This document shows positions 61,620-64,000 of a stretch of 64,000 bases of DNA, piece after piece. This DNA comes from Camelus ferus (taxonomy: Eukaryota). The notes under the pieces were generated by a model. It worked only from the letters and a program-made list of their open reading frames with translations, was not told the origin of the DNA and did not search any database. The first letter of the stretch is position 1. Every line of letters begins with the position of its first letter. The DNA is taken from contig NC_045697.1 of NCBI RefSeq assembly GCF_009834535.1, positions 2,606,001-2,670,000 of the forward strand, written 5' to 3'. The translations under genes and the position numbers were made by a program.

Positions 61620-62080
61620 CCGCGGTTACAGGGCTGCCGCATCATGTTAGGGAGGTCACGTTGTGTCATTATTAACATGAACACAACCTGACGCTGGGCG
61701 GACTTGAACTAGGGGAAGAAGGGCTCCCCGCCCTCAGACGAGGCAGCCCCGCTCGGCAGCCCGACAGGCAAGACGGAGCCCCGGCCTCCGTGCGGAGCGG
61801 AGGGGCTGGGCTCCAGGCTCAGTTAAACTGTCTTTCTCTCCCATAAATCTTCGTAAGCTACTGTAAGGCCCATCAGACCCCTCAATTGCCATTTAAGTGT
61901 TTTTTTCCTGCGCTAACTGCTTCTTGTTAAATAGTTTGACATTTATGCGTCTAGACTTCGGTTGTTTTGATATTGATTTGGTCCAGGACGGTAATGGAGG
62001 GGAAAGGCAGCGTGTGCTGTGCCACCATGGGCAGCAGCTGTATATCTCAGTTAAGTGGATTACTTCTTTATTTTTTCATG
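61620..62080. promoter_or_regulatory. Candidate conserved enhancer
   Basis: TGTCATTATTAA, CCATAAATCT (61841-61850), TTAAGTG (61893-61899 and 62051-62057), TTGACATTTAT and GGATTA. Confidence 0.45.
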
Positions 62081-62834
62081 TCGGAAGCCAGAGGGAAGCC
62101 CACTGTGGGGTCTGGAAGAGGCGGCACCCTCCAAAACGGCTCTCCACCTCTTCAGGGCCGGTCTCCTGGCAGGTGCGAGCCTGTGCCCTCTGGGGGTCCC
62201 AGTGCTAGAGTCGGGGGTGGGTGGTGATGGGCACGTCAAAGAAGGGTGAAACCGACTCAGCTCCTGGGCTTGCCAGGCCTTTCATGCCTCTGCACCTTCA
62301 TCTATGCTATTCCCTGAGATAGCAGGGCCCTTCTTGCCTCAAGTTAGTAAACTCCTACTCATCCCTCAAGACCCCATGCATATGCTCCCTTCTCAGCAGG
62401 TTCTCCTCGGCTTCTCAGGGAACGATGCATGCAGTGATGTGGTGATGCGGACACCCAGGGGGCTCAGAGTCGGACTTAGAGGTCAGCCAGGACCCCCGCT
62501 TCAACATGTTGGGGAGGAAGGTGTGACCTGCTCAAGGCCGCCCAGCAAGTCTGAGAGCAGGCACTCCAGCTCCGGGCCCGACCCTCTTCCAGCCTGTTCT
62601 CTGCACACGCTGCCCGGCTTACACCAGGTGTGGCCGTCCTTGTGATCCCAGTTCCTGCTGCAGACAACACCAGGGGAGCTTGTGGCCAGAGAGTGAGTCT
62701 CCGATCAATACCCAGGAACCGCGCGGAGCCGCCGGCGGGCAGCCTGGGTGAGTCATGCCTGCAGGAGGGCGAGGGAAGACCCTTGCCCTCTCCCCACCTC
62801 TGCTCTGGTCCCGCACGTCCTTTGTCCTCTGTGT

Positions 62835-64000
62835 CTCTTTCGAAACATTTTAGAAACACAAAAAAACATAGAAGAAAAATTCCACCCATGTTTCCAACTC
62901 TCAGAATCCACAAATGTCCACATCTCATCATTTTTATTTAGATTTATGGAAATAAGGGAAATAAAAGCCAAAGATGAAGTTTGCGGGTCTCCTGCCCATT
63001 CTGCTCCCCCACTGTTTGGAATGTGGTTTCTCCAGCTGCAGCCTCACAGTCCAGTCCCCAGAGACAGGCGTTTGCAAACAATGGGTCGTCTTGCCTTGTG
63101 TATCTTAAAGTGCATGTAAAATGTTAAGACTTTGCTTTTACTGCACTGTCATATTTCAGCATATGAATACACCCCCATTTTATTCATCCATCCCACATGG
63201 TGGGCTGTCGGCTATTCCAGAGTTTGTGGCCATGACCAGCAAGGCCCACCCCTCCTGCCCCGCCCCAGTGCACGTGTCACGGCCTCAAGGAGGAGCATCC
63301 CTATGAGGGAAGTGCTGGAGGCTGCTCCTTCGCTCGCCGCCGCCGTCTACCTAACTGATACCCGAACACCTGTCTGTCTGTTTATCCGCTCATTGGAGAG
63401 TCACGTTCCCCTTCTCTTTGTGTCTTTTGTCCATTTTCTACGGGTCGCCTGCCCTTCCTCACTGAGCCAGGGCCGCGATGTACGCACCCCGGGTGGTAAC
63501 CTTCCGTGCGGCACAGACCACAGGCGTTTTCGTCTGTTGCTCCGTGTTTACCTTCATTTTTGTGTCTTTTATCCTACAGCCCATTAAAACTGATGTGATC
63601 AAACCGACCCCTCTTTCCTTGCGGGTGATCATCTCTGTCTCTTGACTCGGAATTTTCCTGCCCTGGGACTCTGAGCTCATCTTGAGCCTTTTCTTCTAAC
63701 ATCCTTGTTTTTTGCATTAAGGTTTCCGATCCGTCTAGAAGCTTTATGGAAGGTGCGGATCTAATTTTTGCAGAAACCACTTTATATTTCCAGGATAAAC
63801 CTTGCTTTTTCATGATAGACTTTTTTTTTATAATCTGCTGGAATGAATTTGCTAATTCTTCACTTAAGATTTTACAAATGCGTGCATAGACGTGGCCAGC
63901 ATCTGTCTCTCTTGTACAGACTGTTGGCAGGTCTGATGTCAGGTACACCGTCTCCTCGAACAAGGCAGTCGCTTTAATTGTTCTTCTCAGAAAGTTTGAA
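62835..64000 (-). mobile_element. Old L1ME-type 3' end and ORF2 fragments, antisense, running off the window end
   Basis: tccaggataaaccttgctttttcatga...tgctggaatgaatttgctaat is antisense L1 ORF2. The upstream part resembles an L1ME 3'UTR. Confidence 0.6.

Overview
This is mammalian non-coding genomic DNA from a GC-rich isochore. I find no credible protein-coding exon, RNA gene, CRISPR array or prokaryote-type system. The long ORFs in the track are chance products of high GC or are LINE-1 remnants. The window is a mosaic of ancient eutherian repeats (MIR, L2, MLT1/MLT2, LTR16, LTR33, MER5A, MER58A, old L1M) and younger cetartiodactyl-type L1 3' ends, plus a Tigger1a_Art-like element. I saw no Alu, B1, SINEC, PRE1, Bov-tA/BovB or CHR SINEs, which suggests a camelid (inference). 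Between the repeats are about ten AT-richer, repeat-free islands rich in homeodomain, Pbx-Hox, Meis and NK-class motifs, as in a developmental-gene regulatory desert. The block at ~18.6-19.3 kb has a compact Hox-Pbx-Meis cassette and is a candidate orthologue of the HMX1 distal ear enhancer (unverified hypothesis). Other notable points: a canonical REST/NRSF RE1 site at 53985-54005; old repeats rewritten AT->GC into CpG-rich sequence, consistent with GC-biased gene conversion; a twin-primed inverted L1; a nested L1 with a perfect 14-bp TSD; and an L1 with a large ORF1-ORF2 deletion. Repeat families were recognised from remembered consensus motifs, not by running RepeatMasker, so boundaries are approximate. 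Conservation of the candidate enhancers cannot be seen from one sequence.
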